Origin: Candidatus Parepulonipiscium sp. PG-Nuni2H_MBin01
GTDB lineage: Bacteria; Bacillota; Clostridia; Lachnospirales; Cellulosilyticaceae
Direction of reading: 5' to 3'
Length of the DNA stretch: 64,000 nucleotides
NCBI GenBank assembly: GCA_001994995.1
Contig: MDJM01000084.1
Span: 171 to 64,170 of the forward strand
Positions 19,309 to 28,966 of the stretch are shown one piece after another (within the stretch, counting starts at the first letter, position 1; every line of letters starts with the position of its first letter). The translations under genes and the position numbers were made by a program. The notes below the pieces were generated by a model. That model worked only from the letters and a program-made list of their open reading frames with translations, had not been told where the DNA came from and made no database searches.

Positions 19309-20334
19309 ATGAAAAAATTTATATCTATTCTTTTATTAGGTGCAATGTCACTATCTTTAGCAGCTTGTAGTACAGCAGATTCTGACTCAAGTTCATCATC
19401 ATCAAGTGGAACTATTAGAATTATTTGTCCATATGGTGTAGGCGGAACTGCTGACTTAATTGCAAGAAAATATGCATTAGTAGCTGGGAGTCTTTTTCCA
19501 GACAAAACATTTATAGTAGAGAATATGACTGGTGGAGATGGGTTCTCAGCTGCTACATATTACTCAGAGCTTAACCCTTCAACAACAGATTTATTAATTT
19601 ATGGCTTAGGAGTTGTGTATCGTCATGACTTAGGTACACTATATGGCACAGAAATAGTTGATTTTGATAGAAACGAAATTCTTCCTATAGGTGTTATTGA
19701 TGATAGAACGTGGATTTTATATGGTACACCAGGCACTACATTTGAGGAAGTTTTAGAACTAGCTCAAACAACAGGCGTTAAAATGTCAGGTGGAAATGCA
19801 TTATCTGACCCACATCTTGCTCTTGGTTCTCTAATGGCATTAGAAGATGGTAAAGTTATCGTTATTCCATATGATGGTGGGGCATCACAAAAGAAAGCTC
19901 TAACAGATGGTGAAGTTAACGTATTCGTAGGTACAACACAAGCAGCTCAGGAAGAAGTTGAAGCAGGCACCCTAGTTCCAATTTTATCATTTAGCGAAGA
20001 ACCATTTGAAGGATTTATTGGCCCAGATGGAAATCCTATTGAAGTACCATCCGTAGGTGGTGCATATAAACACACTGCATTAAACCCAGGTATAGACCAT
20101 ACAGTAGCGATTTTACCATCGGGAGGATTTATTGCAACTCGTGTGGGCGCGTCTGAGGAATGGATTGCTGAAATGGAAGAGGTTACAAAAGCTGTTTGGG
20201 CTTCTGATGAATACAGTGATTGGATTGAAGGAATTATGTTAAATAAAACAGAAGCGTATGGTTTAGATGCTGTACAATATTTAGAGGAGGCATCTGAGGT
20301 TGCTATTAATGCATTTGAGATTTTAAGTCAATGA
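19309..20334 (+). CDS. tctC: Tripartite tricarboxylate transporter (TTT) substrate-binding lipoprotein, TctC/Bug family
   Basis: MKKFISILLLGAMSLSLAAC lipobox and a Ser-rich linker. The ATG at 19309 lies 5 nt after GGAGG. Confidence 0.8.
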   Translation: MKKFISILLLGAMSLSLAACSTADSDSSSSSSSGTIRIICPYGVGGTADLIARKYALVAGSLFPDKTFIVENMTGGDGFSAATYYSELNPSTTDLLIYGLGVVYRHDLGTLYGTEIVDFDRNEILPIGVIDDRTWILYGTPGTTFEEVLELAQTTGVKMSGGNALSDPHLALGSLMALEDGKVIVIPYDGGASQKKALTDGEVNVFVGTTQAAQEEVEAGTLVPILSFSEEPFEGFIGPDGNPIEVPSVGGAYKHTALNPGIDHTVAILPSGGFIATRVGASEEWIAEMEEVTKAVWASDEYSDWIEGIMLNKTEAYGLDAVQYLEEASEVAINAFEILSQ

Positions 20335-20375
20335 TAATGATAGTTTCGTTATTATGATTAAAGGAGGGGTGTATA

Positions 20376-20837
20376 GTGAAGATTAAAACTAATTTATGGA
20401 CGGGAATTATAATGGGTTTGTTTAGTTTATTGCTTCTTATAATGTTACCTGAGCAAGTTAAACTACCAGCTTATGATTCGGGGGCGCCAAGTCCTAGAAT
20501 ATTACCATCGTTTGCACTAATTGGAATGCTTATATCATCAGTCATATTAATTTTTCAAAGTCTAGTATTAAAGAAAGAAAAAATATATGAATTTGATATG
20601 AAATATGAGCTACCTGCAATAATTGTAATTGCAATGTTATGTGTTTTTACAGCACTGATTATTAATGTAGGATATGTAGCGGCAGCATTTATAGTATTCC
20701 CTATAATGCTATTTTACGCCGGAGAGAGAAAACCGTTTGCTTACATTTTAACACTTGTAGCAGCAATTGCTATATTTTATATGTTTAGAAGCGTACTAAA
20801 TATTTCTTTACCTGCATTTCCAGGGTTTGGAGGTTAG
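20376..20837 (+). CDS. tctB: TTT small membrane subunit, TctB family
   Basis: 153 aa, 4 TM, positioned between the TctC and TctA homologues. GTG start after AAAGGAGGGG. Confidence 0.7.
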   Translation: MKIKTNLWTGIIMGLFSLLLLIMLPEQVKLPAYDSGAPSPRILPSFALIGMLISSVILIFQSLVLKKEKIYEFDMKYELPAIIVIAMLCVFTALIINVGYVAAAFIVFPIMLFYAGERKPFAYILTLVAAIAIFYMFRSVLNISLPAFPGFGG

Positions 20838-20840
20838 AAT

Positions 20841-22430
20841 ATGGGCGATTTCGATATAATTTTACAGGCGTTAGGTCAGGTTCTTTCATTTACAAATATA
20901 GCAGTTATACTAGGTGGACTTTTGTTAGGAATAATAGTAGGATGCATTCCGGGGTTAAGCGTAACCCTAGGGATAATCTTACTATTACCACTAACATATG
21001 GATTTTCTTCACCAGATACTGCAATAATTTCTTTACTTGCTGTATATATAGGAGGAATGTACGGAGGGTCAATTAGTGCTATACTGCTTAACTCACCCGG
21101 TACTAACTCTGCAATAGCAACAACATTTGATGGATATCCGCTTGCACAGCAAGGTAAAGTAAAAAAGGTGCTTGATATTTCACTATTTGCATCTGTATTT
21201 GGTGGAATGTTTTCAGCTATATTACTTTTATTATTTTCATCATTAATTACTAAATTAGTTTCAAGCTTTGCCTCAACTGAGTATTTTGCACTTGCGATTT
21301 TAGGTATTTCCTTATTAGCAGGAGTAAGCGGAGATAGTTTACCAAAAGGTATTATTTCTGGGCTACTAGGTATATTCATTGCTTGTATAGGAGCGGATGC
21401 AGTAACAGGAGTTTTAAGATTTACATTTGATTCTAGAACTTTAAGATATGGCATTGATATGTTGCCAGCAATGATAGCATTTATAGCACTAACTCAAGTT
21501 GTACTTAAATTAAGAGACTTTATTGTACACAAGGGCGAAATTCAAGACATTACAAAGATAGATAATGAAGGTTTAACTGCTACAGAAGCAAAATCAATAG
21601 TTCCAGCATGTTTACGTTCGTCAACAATAGCATCCATTATAGGAGCTATGCCTGGAGTTGGTGGTGGTGTTGCACAATTTATGTGCTATAACGAAGCGCG
21701 TCGTGCATCAAAACGTCCACAAGATTTTGGTAAAGGTAGCTATGAAGGGGTTGCAGCAGCAGAATCTAGTAACAATGCAGTTGTAGGTTCAGCTATGATA
21801 CCACTTTTAACATTAGGAATACCAGGTGATGGTGTTACGGCATTACTTTTAGGAGCATTTATCTTACACGGAATACAGCCAGGGCCAACAATGTTTACTA
21901 AACAAGGGGTAGTTGCATATAGCATTATACTCGGCACACTGATTGCAAACGTAGCACTTATTGCTGTAGGTCTGATATTTACCAGAGCTGTAGCAAAAAT
22001 TGTTCAAGTTAAATATACCTACTTAGCTCCAATTATAATTTTATTCTGCTTTGCTGGTGCGTTTGCGGCAACAGGAAATACTAAAGAGTTAATTATTACA
22101 GCAGGTCTTTTAGTAGTAAGTTATTTATTTGTAATACTAGATTTCTCAGTTGTTCCGCTTATGTTAGGTATGATATTAGCTGACATAATGGAAATGAACT
22201 TTGTAACTAGTATGATGAGTTATGATAATGATATATTCATATTCTTCAAAAGACCAATTACTGCATGCATACTAGTTCTGACAGTTATTTTACTAATATC
22301 ATTAATGAAGCTTAATAAGAGAATTAACGCGTTAAATGATGCTCAAGTAGCTGAAATGGCTCAGCGAGATTTAGAAGAGGCTGTAGAAGTAGAAGAAGCT
22401 ATCGAGGATGGTAAATTTGAAGCACCTTGA
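20841..22430 (+). CDS. tctA: TTT large permease subunit, TctA family
   Basis: 529 aa polytopic protein with GIIVGCIPGLS and PGDGVTALLLGA segments typical of TctA. Confidence 0.88.
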   Translation: MGDFDIILQALGQVLSFTNIAVILGGLLLGIIVGCIPGLSVTLGIILLLPLTYGFSSPDTAIISLLAVYIGGMYGGSISAILLNSPGTNSAIATTFDGYPLAQQGKVKKVLDISLFASVFGGMFSAILLLLFSSLITKLVSSFASTEYFALAILGISLLAGVSGDSLPKGIISGLLGIFIACIGADAVTGVLRFTFDSRTLRYGIDMLPAMIAFIALTQVVLKLRDFIVHKGEIQDITKIDNEGLTATEAKSIVPACLRSSTIASIIGAMPGVGGGVAQFMCYNEARRASKRPQDFGKGSYEGVAAAESSNNAVVGSAMIPLLTLGIPGDGVTALLLGAFILHGIQPGPTMFTKQGVVAYSIILGTLIANVALIAVGLIFTRAVAKIVQVKYTYLAPIIILFCFAGAFAATGNTKELIITAGLLVVSYLFVILDFSVVPLMLGMILADIMEMNFVTSMMSYDNDIFIFFKRPITACILVLTVILLISLMKLNKRINALNDAQVAEMAQRDLEEAVEVEEAIEDGKFEAP

Positions 22431-22530
22431 TAAATTCAAAGTGCCACCGCTCTACTTAGTGGTGGTGCTCTATACATAGGTTGTATAATATGCAGCCTTA
22501 ATAATTCAACCATAGAAAGGAAGTAACTTA

Positions 22531-23211
22531 ATGAAATATTTTTTAGATAGTGCAAAAATAGAAGAGATTAAAGAAGCATATGAAACATTCGGAATTGATG
22601 GGGTAACAACAAATCCGCGCCACATTATGTTAAGTGGAAAACCATTTTTACAAGTTATCCAAGAGATTGCTGATTGGGCGAAAGCTGAGGGGTTAGAAGG
22701 ATATGAAAAATTCCCTATTTCTGTAGAAATTAATCCACATTTAGATGATACACAAGCAATGGTTGATGAAGGAAGAAAAATTGCTGCTATGAGTAAAAAC
22801 TTTGTTATTAAAATCCCATCAACAGAGGCAGGAGTAGCTGCAGCTAAACGCCTTGAAAAAGAAGGGGTTAGAACTAATGTAACTCTTGTATTTTCTCCAG
22901 CCCAAGCAATTATTCCTGGAAAAATTAACGCTTTATTCGTTTCACCATTTATTGGGTGGAAAGAAGCAAATGGCGAAGACTGCAAAAAATATATTGAAGA
23001 TATAGCTAAAATATATGACAACTATGGGTTTAAGACAGAGATTATTTGTGCTGCAATTAGAACGCCAAAACAATTTGTGGATTGTGCGCTTGCTGGGGCA
23101 GATATTATTACTACTGGTTTAGATGTCTATAAAGACTCTATTAAACATGCGTATACAACTCAAGGTTTAGGAGTATTTACTGACGCTTGGGATCAAACAA
23201 TAACTGAATAA
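22531..23211 (+). CDS. Short (TalC/FSA-type) transaldolase, a candidate 6-deoxy-6-sulfofructose transaldolase
   Basis: MKYFLDSAKIEEIKE..GVTTNP, Schiff-base Lys in FVIKIPST, and TNVTLVFS. It has SPFIGW where canonical enzymes have SPFVGR. Confidence 0.8.
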   Translation: MKYFLDSAKIEEIKEAYETFGIDGVTTNPRHIMLSGKPFLQVIQEIADWAKAEGLEGYEKFPISVEINPHLDDTQAMVDEGRKIAAMSKNFVIKIPSTEAGVAAAKRLEKEGVRTNVTLVFSPAQAIIPGKINALFVSPFIGWKEANGEDCKKYIEDIAKIYDNYGFKTEIICAAIRTPKQFVDCALAGADIITTGLDVYKDSIKHAYTTQGLGVFTDAWDQTITE

Positions 23212-23225
23212 CAAATTCATCTTAA

Positions 23226-23250
23226 AAGGTTGTTGGCTTTCAACAACCTT
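23226..23250 (+). other. Perfect 10-bp intra-operon hairpin without a T-run
   Basis: AAGGTTGTTG-gcttt-CAACAACCTT lies between the transaldolase and reductase genes. It may be an mRNA-stability or partial-termination element. Confidence 0.35.
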
Positions 23251-23274
23251 ATAAATAATTAGGAGGCATTATAT

Positions 23275-24132
23275 ATGAAAATAGGATTTATTGGACTTGG
23301 TATTATGGGTGAGTCTATGAGTGAAAATATAGTAACTAAACACAATGATGAGGTTTACGTATTTGATTTTGCAAAAGACAAAGTAGACCTTTTAGCATCT
23401 AAAGGAGCAATCGCTTGTACTTCATCAGGGGAGCTTGCGCAAAAAAGTGATGTAATAATATCAATGGTGCCAAAGTCTGAGCATGTAAAGGCAGTATATG
23501 AAGGCATTTTAGATAAATTAGATAATACAAAAATTTGTATTGACATGAGTACTATTGACCCTAGTGTATCTAGAGAAGTGGCGAGCAAAGTTAAGGAAAC
23601 AGGCGCGCAATTTATTGATGCACCAGTTGTAAAATCCAAACCAGCTGCAATTTCTGGAACACTTGGCATTTATGTTGGCGGTGATGAAAGTGTATATGAA
23701 AAAATGAAACCTATCCTTTTGTATATGGGAAATAACGTTATTCGCATGGGGGATAATGGTGCAGGGCTAGTTATGAAAATTTGTCATAATGCATTAGTGT
23801 CTCAAATCCAAAATGGCGTAAATGAAACTATAAGTTTAGCTGTTGCAAATGGAATTAGCATTGAGGAATATACTAAAGCTATATCTTATGGCGGAGGACA
23901 GAACTTCTATCTAGATGGGAAGTCAAAGCCAATTTCAGAAAACAACTTTACTACAGCGTTCTCAGTTGAAAATATGGCAAAAGACGTGGACATTTGCATT
24001 AGTTTAGCAAAAGAGTGCGGTATTAGCATGCCAGGGGAAGAAGTTGTTCAGAATGTATATAATAAATCTCTTGAAAATGGATATGGCTCTCTTGATTTCT
24101 GCGCTACAATAAAAACTGTGCGAGGAGAGTAG
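23275..24132 (+). CDS. NAD(P)-dependent beta-hydroxyacid dehydrogenase family reductase (YihU/GarR-like), a candidate sulfolactaldehyde reductase
   Basis: MKIGFIGLGIMGESM Rossmann motif, DMSTI, and GTLGIYVGG. 285 aa. Confidence 0.8.
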   Translation: MKIGFIGLGIMGESMSENIVTKHNDEVYVFDFAKDKVDLLASKGAIACTSSGELAQKSDVIISMVPKSEHVKAVYEGILDKLDNTKICIDMSTIDPSVSREVASKVKETGAQFIDAPVVKSKPAAISGTLGIYVGGDESVYEKMKPILLYMGNNVIRMGDNGAGLVMKICHNALVSQIQNGVNETISLAVANGISIEEYTKAISYGGGQNFYLDGKSKPISENNFTTAFSVENMAKDVDICISLAKECGISMPGEEVVQNVYNKSLENGYGSLDFCATIKTVRGE

Positions 24133-24135
24133 TAA

Positions 24136-24798
24136 ATGATAGAACATTTAAATACAATAAATAATGTGGAAATAAAAAGTGTTTTTGATAAGAGCTTTAA
24201 AACTTATGGCAAAGTGATAGAAGGATATGATTTTACAGAAATAGTGGAATATATGAAAACAACGCCTATGCCAGAAGCTAATAATATTTATATAGCATCT
24301 TGTGAAGATATGGAAAATATGGAAGTGGCACATAAAGTGCAACAAGGGTTATATGGAGGCTTGGAAATACAGGTTGGTTACTGTAACGGAAGAAATAGCA
24401 CTTATAATGGATTAGAGTATCACAAATGTAGTGAGCTTAATGTAGCTGTTACTGATATGATGATGGTATTAGGGCATGTTTGGGATATGGAAAATAATAC
24501 TTTTAATGTAGATGATGTGGAAGTATTTTTTGTTCCTCAAGGTACTGTATTAGAAATGTACCAAACAACACTTCACCTATCACCTTGCAAAGTAACAGAT
24601 GAAGGATTTAGAGCTGTAGTTATTTTGCTTAAAGGCACAAATGATACTACGTTTGAGAAACCAGAACATATCACAAAAGAAGATGAAATTTTATTATTTA
24701 AAAACAAATGGATAATTGCTCATCCACAAAGAGAACCTTTGGTAAAAGCAGGCGCTTACACCGGGCTAATCGGAGAGAATAAACAATTAAAATATTAA
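24136..24798 (+). CDS. DUF4867-like cupin protein, a candidate sulfoquinovose isomerase
   Basis: 220 aa with GYCNGRNSTYNGLEYHKCSELNVAVTD. As I recall, this family is the isomerase of sulfo-TAL clusters. The assignment is from memory and context. Confidence 0.6.
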   Translation: MIEHLNTINNVEIKSVFDKSFKTYGKVIEGYDFTEIVEYMKTTPMPEANNIYIASCEDMENMEVAHKVQQGLYGGLEIQVGYCNGRNSTYNGLEYHKCSELNVAVTDMMMVLGHVWDMENNTFNVDDVEVFFVPQGTVLEMYQTTLHLSPCKVTDEGFRAVVILLKGTNDTTFEKPEHITKEDEILLFKNKWIIAHPQREPLVKAGAYTGLIGENKQLKY

Positions 24799-24820
24799 AT
24801 CCTAGAAAGGCGGCTAGTTG

Positions 24821-26830
24821 ATGGAGTTACAAATAAATAACAATGAATTTAAGTTAGAACATAATGGCCATGTTATCTTAAGTCACTCGGCTTCTCAACC
24901 TTTACTTTATGTTGGAGTGGGGGATGAAGATGTAGAGATGTATCGAGGGAATTTTAAAATTGAAGACTATTTAATTGAGCGAATAAAACTAGATGTGTTA
25001 TCAATCCAAGAAACAGATGGTGCTACTGCTATTAACTTTGGTGATAAAGTTATAGCTACGATTAAAATAGTTTCGGATAAATGTGATATTAGTTTTGAGC
25101 ACAAGGATTCAGATTTAAATAGATTTTTTATTAGGCTAAACTCAAGTGAAAACGAAAAATGTTTTGGACTTGGAGAACAAATGTCTTATTTAAACGTTAA
25201 AGGCAGAAACTTTCCTATATTCACCTCAGAGCCTGGTGTAGGGCGAGATAAATCTACCTACATGACATGGAAATGCGATGTGGACTCAAAATCTGGAGGA
25301 GACTACTACAATTCAAACTTCCCACAGCCCACATTTATATCTTCAAACATGTATTTCCTTCATTTAAACTCCACTGCCTATGCAGACTTTAACTTTAAAA
25401 ACGATAATTTTACCGAAGTAGAGGTTTGGGAAATCCCAGAAAGTATAGTTATAGAAGGTGGCAAAGATTATTTCGAGCTACTAGAAAAATTAACTGCTTT
25501 ATTAGGACGACAACCAGAGTTGCCAGATTGGGTTTACAATGGACTAATTGTAGGACTGCAAGGTGGTAATGAAAGAACGTTTGGTTTATTAGATAAAACG
25601 CTTGATAAAGGAATTAAAGTTGCTGCAGTGTGGGCACAGGATTGGTGTGGAAAACGATTTACTTCTTTTGGAAAAAGACTCCAATGGGATTGGCATTTCC
25701 ACAATGAAATGTACCCTAATTTACCTGAAAAAATCGCACAACTACATGAAAGAGGCATTAAGTTTATGGGGTATGTAAATCCATATCTTGTAGATGATGG
25801 TGATTTATATAAAGAAGGTAAACAGAAAGGTTTCTTTGCAACTAAACATGATGGCACTGATTACCTTGTGGATTTTGGTGAATTTAACTGCGGAGTTGTA
25901 GATTTAACAAATCCACAAGCTTATGAATGGTTTAAAAACGATGTTATAAAGAAACATTCAATTGACATAGGTATGGATGGCTGGATGGCTGATTTTGGTG
26001 AGTATCTCCCAACTGATGACATTAAACTTTACAGCGGTAAAAGTGCTATGATAGAACACAATCACTGGCCAGTTTTATGGGCTAAATGTAATTATGATGC
26101 TGTTAATGAGTCTGGCAAATTAGGTGAAATAGTTTACTTTATGCGTGCTGGCGGTGCTGGAAGTCAAAAGTATTGCACATTACTTTGGGCAGGAGACCAA
26201 TCAGTTGATTTTACGTTGCATGACGGCCTTGCTTCAACTATTTGTGGAGCATTATCAGCTGGTATGACTGGTGTTGGATTATCTCATAGTGATATAGGGG
26301 GTTATACATCTCTTTATGAGAATGTTCGTGATAAAGAGCTATTTCTACGTTGGGCTGAAATGTCGGCGTTTACTCCAGTTATGAGGACTCATGAAGGTAA
26401 TAGACCAGATACAAACTTCCAATACTATGACGATGATGATTGTATGACTCAATTAGCGCGATTAGTTGATGTATACACAATGCTAAAAGAATATATTAAA
26501 GAATTAGTGGCACATAATAGTCAAAAGGGTATTCCTGTACAAAGACCATTATTCCTGCATTATCCAACAGATGAAAAAACTTACGAAATCCAATATCAGT
26601 ATTTATTCGGTAGTGATATACTTGTTGCGCCTGTGCATGAGGAAGCGAAAACACAGTGGGAAGTATATTTGCCAGATGATGAATGGATACACTTATGGAC
26701 TGGTAAAGAATTTGGGCAAGGAACTTATGTTATAGATGCTCCAATGGGATACCCACCAGTATTTTATAGGAAGACTTCTGCTTATGCAGCTACATTTGCA
26801 GAAGTGACTAATAAATACGGAAGTAAATAG
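24821..26830 (+). CDS. yihQ: GH31 sulfoquinovosidase (YihQ/SftG-like)
   Basis: Long stretches match E. coli YihQ as I recall it: LLEKLTALLGRQPELPDW, AQDWCGKRFTSFGKRLQWDW (Arg/Trp of the sulfonate pocket), GWMADFGEYLP (nucleophile), WAGDQSVDF (acid/base) and HSDIGGYTS (Tyr). Confidence 0.88.
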   Translation: MELQINNNEFKLEHNGHVILSHSASQPLLYVGVGDEDVEMYRGNFKIEDYLIERIKLDVLSIQETDGATAINFGDKVIATIKIVSDKCDISFEHKDSDLNRFFIRLNSSENEKCFGLGEQMSYLNVKGRNFPIFTSEPGVGRDKSTYMTWKCDVDSKSGGDYYNSNFPQPTFISSNMYFLHLNSTAYADFNFKNDNFTEVEVWEIPESIVIEGGKDYFELLEKLTALLGRQPELPDWVYNGLIVGLQGGNERTFGLLDKTLDKGIKVAAVWAQDWCGKRFTSFGKRLQWDWHFHNEMYPNLPEKIAQLHERGIKFMGYVNPYLVDDGDLYKEGKQKGFFATKHDGTDYLVDFGEFNCGVVDLTNPQAYEWFKNDVIKKHSIDIGMDGWMADFGEYLPTDDIKLYSGKSAMIEHNHWPVLWAKCNYDAVNESGKLGEIVYFMRAGGAGSQKYCTLLWAGDQSVDFTLHDGLASTICGALSAGMTGVGLSHSDIGGYTSLYENVRDKELFLRWAEMSAFTPVMRTHEGNRPDTNFQYYDDDDCMTQLARLVDVYTMLKEYIKELVAHNSQKGIPVQRPLFLHYPTDEKTYEIQYQYLFGSDILVAPVHEEAKTQWEVYLPDDEWIHLWTGKEFGQGTYVIDAPMGYPPVFYRKTSAYAATFAEVTNKYGSK

Positions 26831-27550
26831 ATGAATATAATTTTATTTTTTATAGTTATCTTTTTAAGTAACATAATACAAGGCATTACAGGCTTTGCGG
26901 GAACAATTCTCGCAATGCCATTTGCTATAATGTTAGTAGGCTATAATGTAGGTAAGCCTGTATTAAATCTACTAGGTTTATTTGCTGGCCTATATGTACT
27001 TAAAAGTAACTATAAATCTGTTAACGTAAAAGAACTTATTAAAATCGTTGTGGTGATGTCGCTTGGTATATTTGGTGGGATTTATCTTAAAGCGTTGTTA
27101 GTGGATCACCAACAAGTTCTTTATATAGCGCTAGGCCTTTTTATAATATATATATCAGTCAAAGGCTTATTCTTTAAATCTAAGGAGCGTAAAACGTTAA
27201 ACCCTGTAATGACCAATGCTATGTTAATAGTAGCAGGTATAATACATGGTATATTTGTATCCGGGGGACCGCTTGTAATTAGTTATCTAACAACAAAGAT
27301 AAATGATAAAACTGCATTTAGAGCTACAATATCTACAGTGTGGGTATTTTTGAATACAATTCTTTTTGTAGATGACATCATAAGTGGCTATTGGACCCAA
27401 GAATTAGTTATTCTGCAAATAATAGGTATGCCAATACTATTTTTAGGAATGCATATAGGGTCTATATTGTATAAAAAAATGAATCAAGAAACGTTTATGA
27501 AGCTGTCGTATATATTATTATTTATTGCGGCACTTACATTAATTTTCTAA
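26831..27550 (+). CDS. TauE/SafE (TSUP, DUF81) family sulfite/organosulfonate exporter
   Basis: 239 aa, about 8 TM. N-terminus reads NIIQGITGFAGTILAMPF. The ATG abuts the yihQ stop codon. Confidence 0.8.
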   Translation: MNIILFFIVIFLSNIIQGITGFAGTILAMPFAIMLVGYNVGKPVLNLLGLFAGLYVLKSNYKSVNVKELIKIVVVMSLGIFGGIYLKALLVDHQQVLYIALGLFIIYISVKGLFFKSKERKTLNPVMTNAMLIVAGIIHGIFVSGGPLVISYLTTKINDKTAFRATISTVWVFLNTILFVDDIISGYWTQELVILQIIGMPILFLGMHIGSILYKKMNQETFMKLSYILLFIAALTLIF

Positions 27551-27570
27551 ATTAAGATTGGAGATAAATT

Positions 27571-28908
27571 ATGAAACAATTTCAAGTAGCGTACATTCCT
27601 ATTGGAGTACCAACTTTTCATTTAGAAAGTGCACAAATTGAGTTCGATAAATCTATATCTATGATAAAAGGGTTAACTGATAATGGGGTATTTCCAGACG
27701 AAATGCTTTTATCAATGGATAAATTAGATAACTTTTTAAACTCTATAGAGCCAAATTTAGTTATAGTTCAAAATATTACATTTGCAAACTCAGCTTATAT
27801 AACAGAGGTACTAAAGAAATTTGATTGCCCAGTACTGCTGTGGACATTAAGAGAGCCGATTATAGATGGAGGTAGGCTAAGGTTAAATTCTTTAACAGGA
27901 GCATATTCTGCTGGAAATACACTTATGCATTTTAGAAATGCAAACTTTGAGTATGTATTTGGTTCTCCTGATGAAGAAGATGTAACTTCTCATATTAAAG
28001 CTACTATTGAAGCGGCTAGAGTAAAACATGTGATGAGAGGGATAAAAGTTGCAGCTATAGGCCACACTCCACAAGGGTTTGGATTTGGTAGAGCTTTAGA
28101 TATTGAGATGGCTCAAGTTTTTGGAGCAACTCTAGAGTCTTTAGAAGCGAGGGAGTTAATCGAAAAGGCTAAAGCGTATGAAACGGATGTTACAGACGAG
28201 TTGTTAGAACAGTATGGTAAAGTTGCTTGTAACCATGATGTTATAGATGAGAAAAACATGGTTGACTTTGCTAGATTATTAAAAGCGTATAAAGATTTTG
28301 TAGATGCAAATAATATTAAAGTTATTGCATCTAGATGTTGGCCTGACTTCTTCGTATCATATGGTACTCCTGTTTGTGGCGTACTATCATTACTAAACGA
28401 TTGGGGTGTATCTGCTAGTTGTGAAGCTGATACCTACGGCGCATTATCTATGTATATAGCATCACAATTTACACATAAGGCATCTTTCTTTGGTGACCCA
28501 GTGTCTTTAGATGAAGAAGAGAATACTATTACTTATTGGCACTGTGGTATGGCCGCATGTTCTCTTTCTAGAGATGAAAAGGCAAATACGGGTGTGCATC
28601 CAAATAGAAAAATAGGCCCAGTAATGGACTTTGGTTGTAAAGCGGATGAGCAAGCGACTGTCTTTAGAATTGGTAAAGATGCAGATGGTAAATTTAGATT
28701 TTTCATTATGGAAGGTAGTATTTTAGATAAACCAAAACAGTTCCAAGGCACATCTATTGTTGTTAAACCAAACGGAAACTGTAAAGACATTATAACTAAG
28801 AGTGTAAAATCAGGTTTTGAGCCACACTTTGTTGTAGCATATGGCCACATTGCCAAAGAGCTTGAAATTCTTGCTAATATGTTAGACTTAGAAGTTGTAA
28901 AATACTAA
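27571..28908 (+). CDS. L-fucose/L-arabinose isomerase-family protein; substrate unknown
   Basis: 445 aa with AAIGHTPQGFGFG and CEADTYGALSM motifs typical of FucI/AraA-like sugar isomerases. RBS GGAGA. Confidence 0.65.
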   Translation: MKQFQVAYIPIGVPTFHLESAQIEFDKSISMIKGLTDNGVFPDEMLLSMDKLDNFLNSIEPNLVIVQNITFANSAYITEVLKKFDCPVLLWTLREPIIDGGRLRLNSLTGAYSAGNTLMHFRNANFEYVFGSPDEEDVTSHIKATIEAARVKHVMRGIKVAAIGHTPQGFGFGRALDIEMAQVFGATLESLEARELIEKAKAYETDVTDELLEQYGKVACNHDVIDEKNMVDFARLLKAYKDFVDANNIKVIASRCWPDFFVSYGTPVCGVLSLLNDWGVSASCEADTYGALSMYIASQFTHKASFFGDPVSLDEEENTITYWHCGMAACSLSRDEKANTGVHPNRKIGPVMDFGCKADEQATVFRIGKDADGKFRFFIMEGSILDKPKQFQGTSIVVKPNGNCKDIITKSVKSGFEPHFVVAYGHIAKELEILANMLDLEVVKY

Positions 28909-28966
28909 AACTTTGGAATTATCTATTAAAAAATTAAATTATTTATTAAAAAGGAGAATATGAAAG

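Noticed and set aside
20876-21454. 192-aa minus-strand ORF inside tctA. The same applies to 22506..23021 opposite the transaldolase, 31182..31754 opposite dhaK, 55005..55481 opposite ribE, 60670..61233 opposite the LRR gene and 45030..45410 opposite the K/E-rich lipoprotein.
   Set aside because: Each lies fully antisense to a gene with clear family motifs. They lack Shine-Dalgarno sequences and have low-complexity or atypical composition. I treat them as shadow ORFs.
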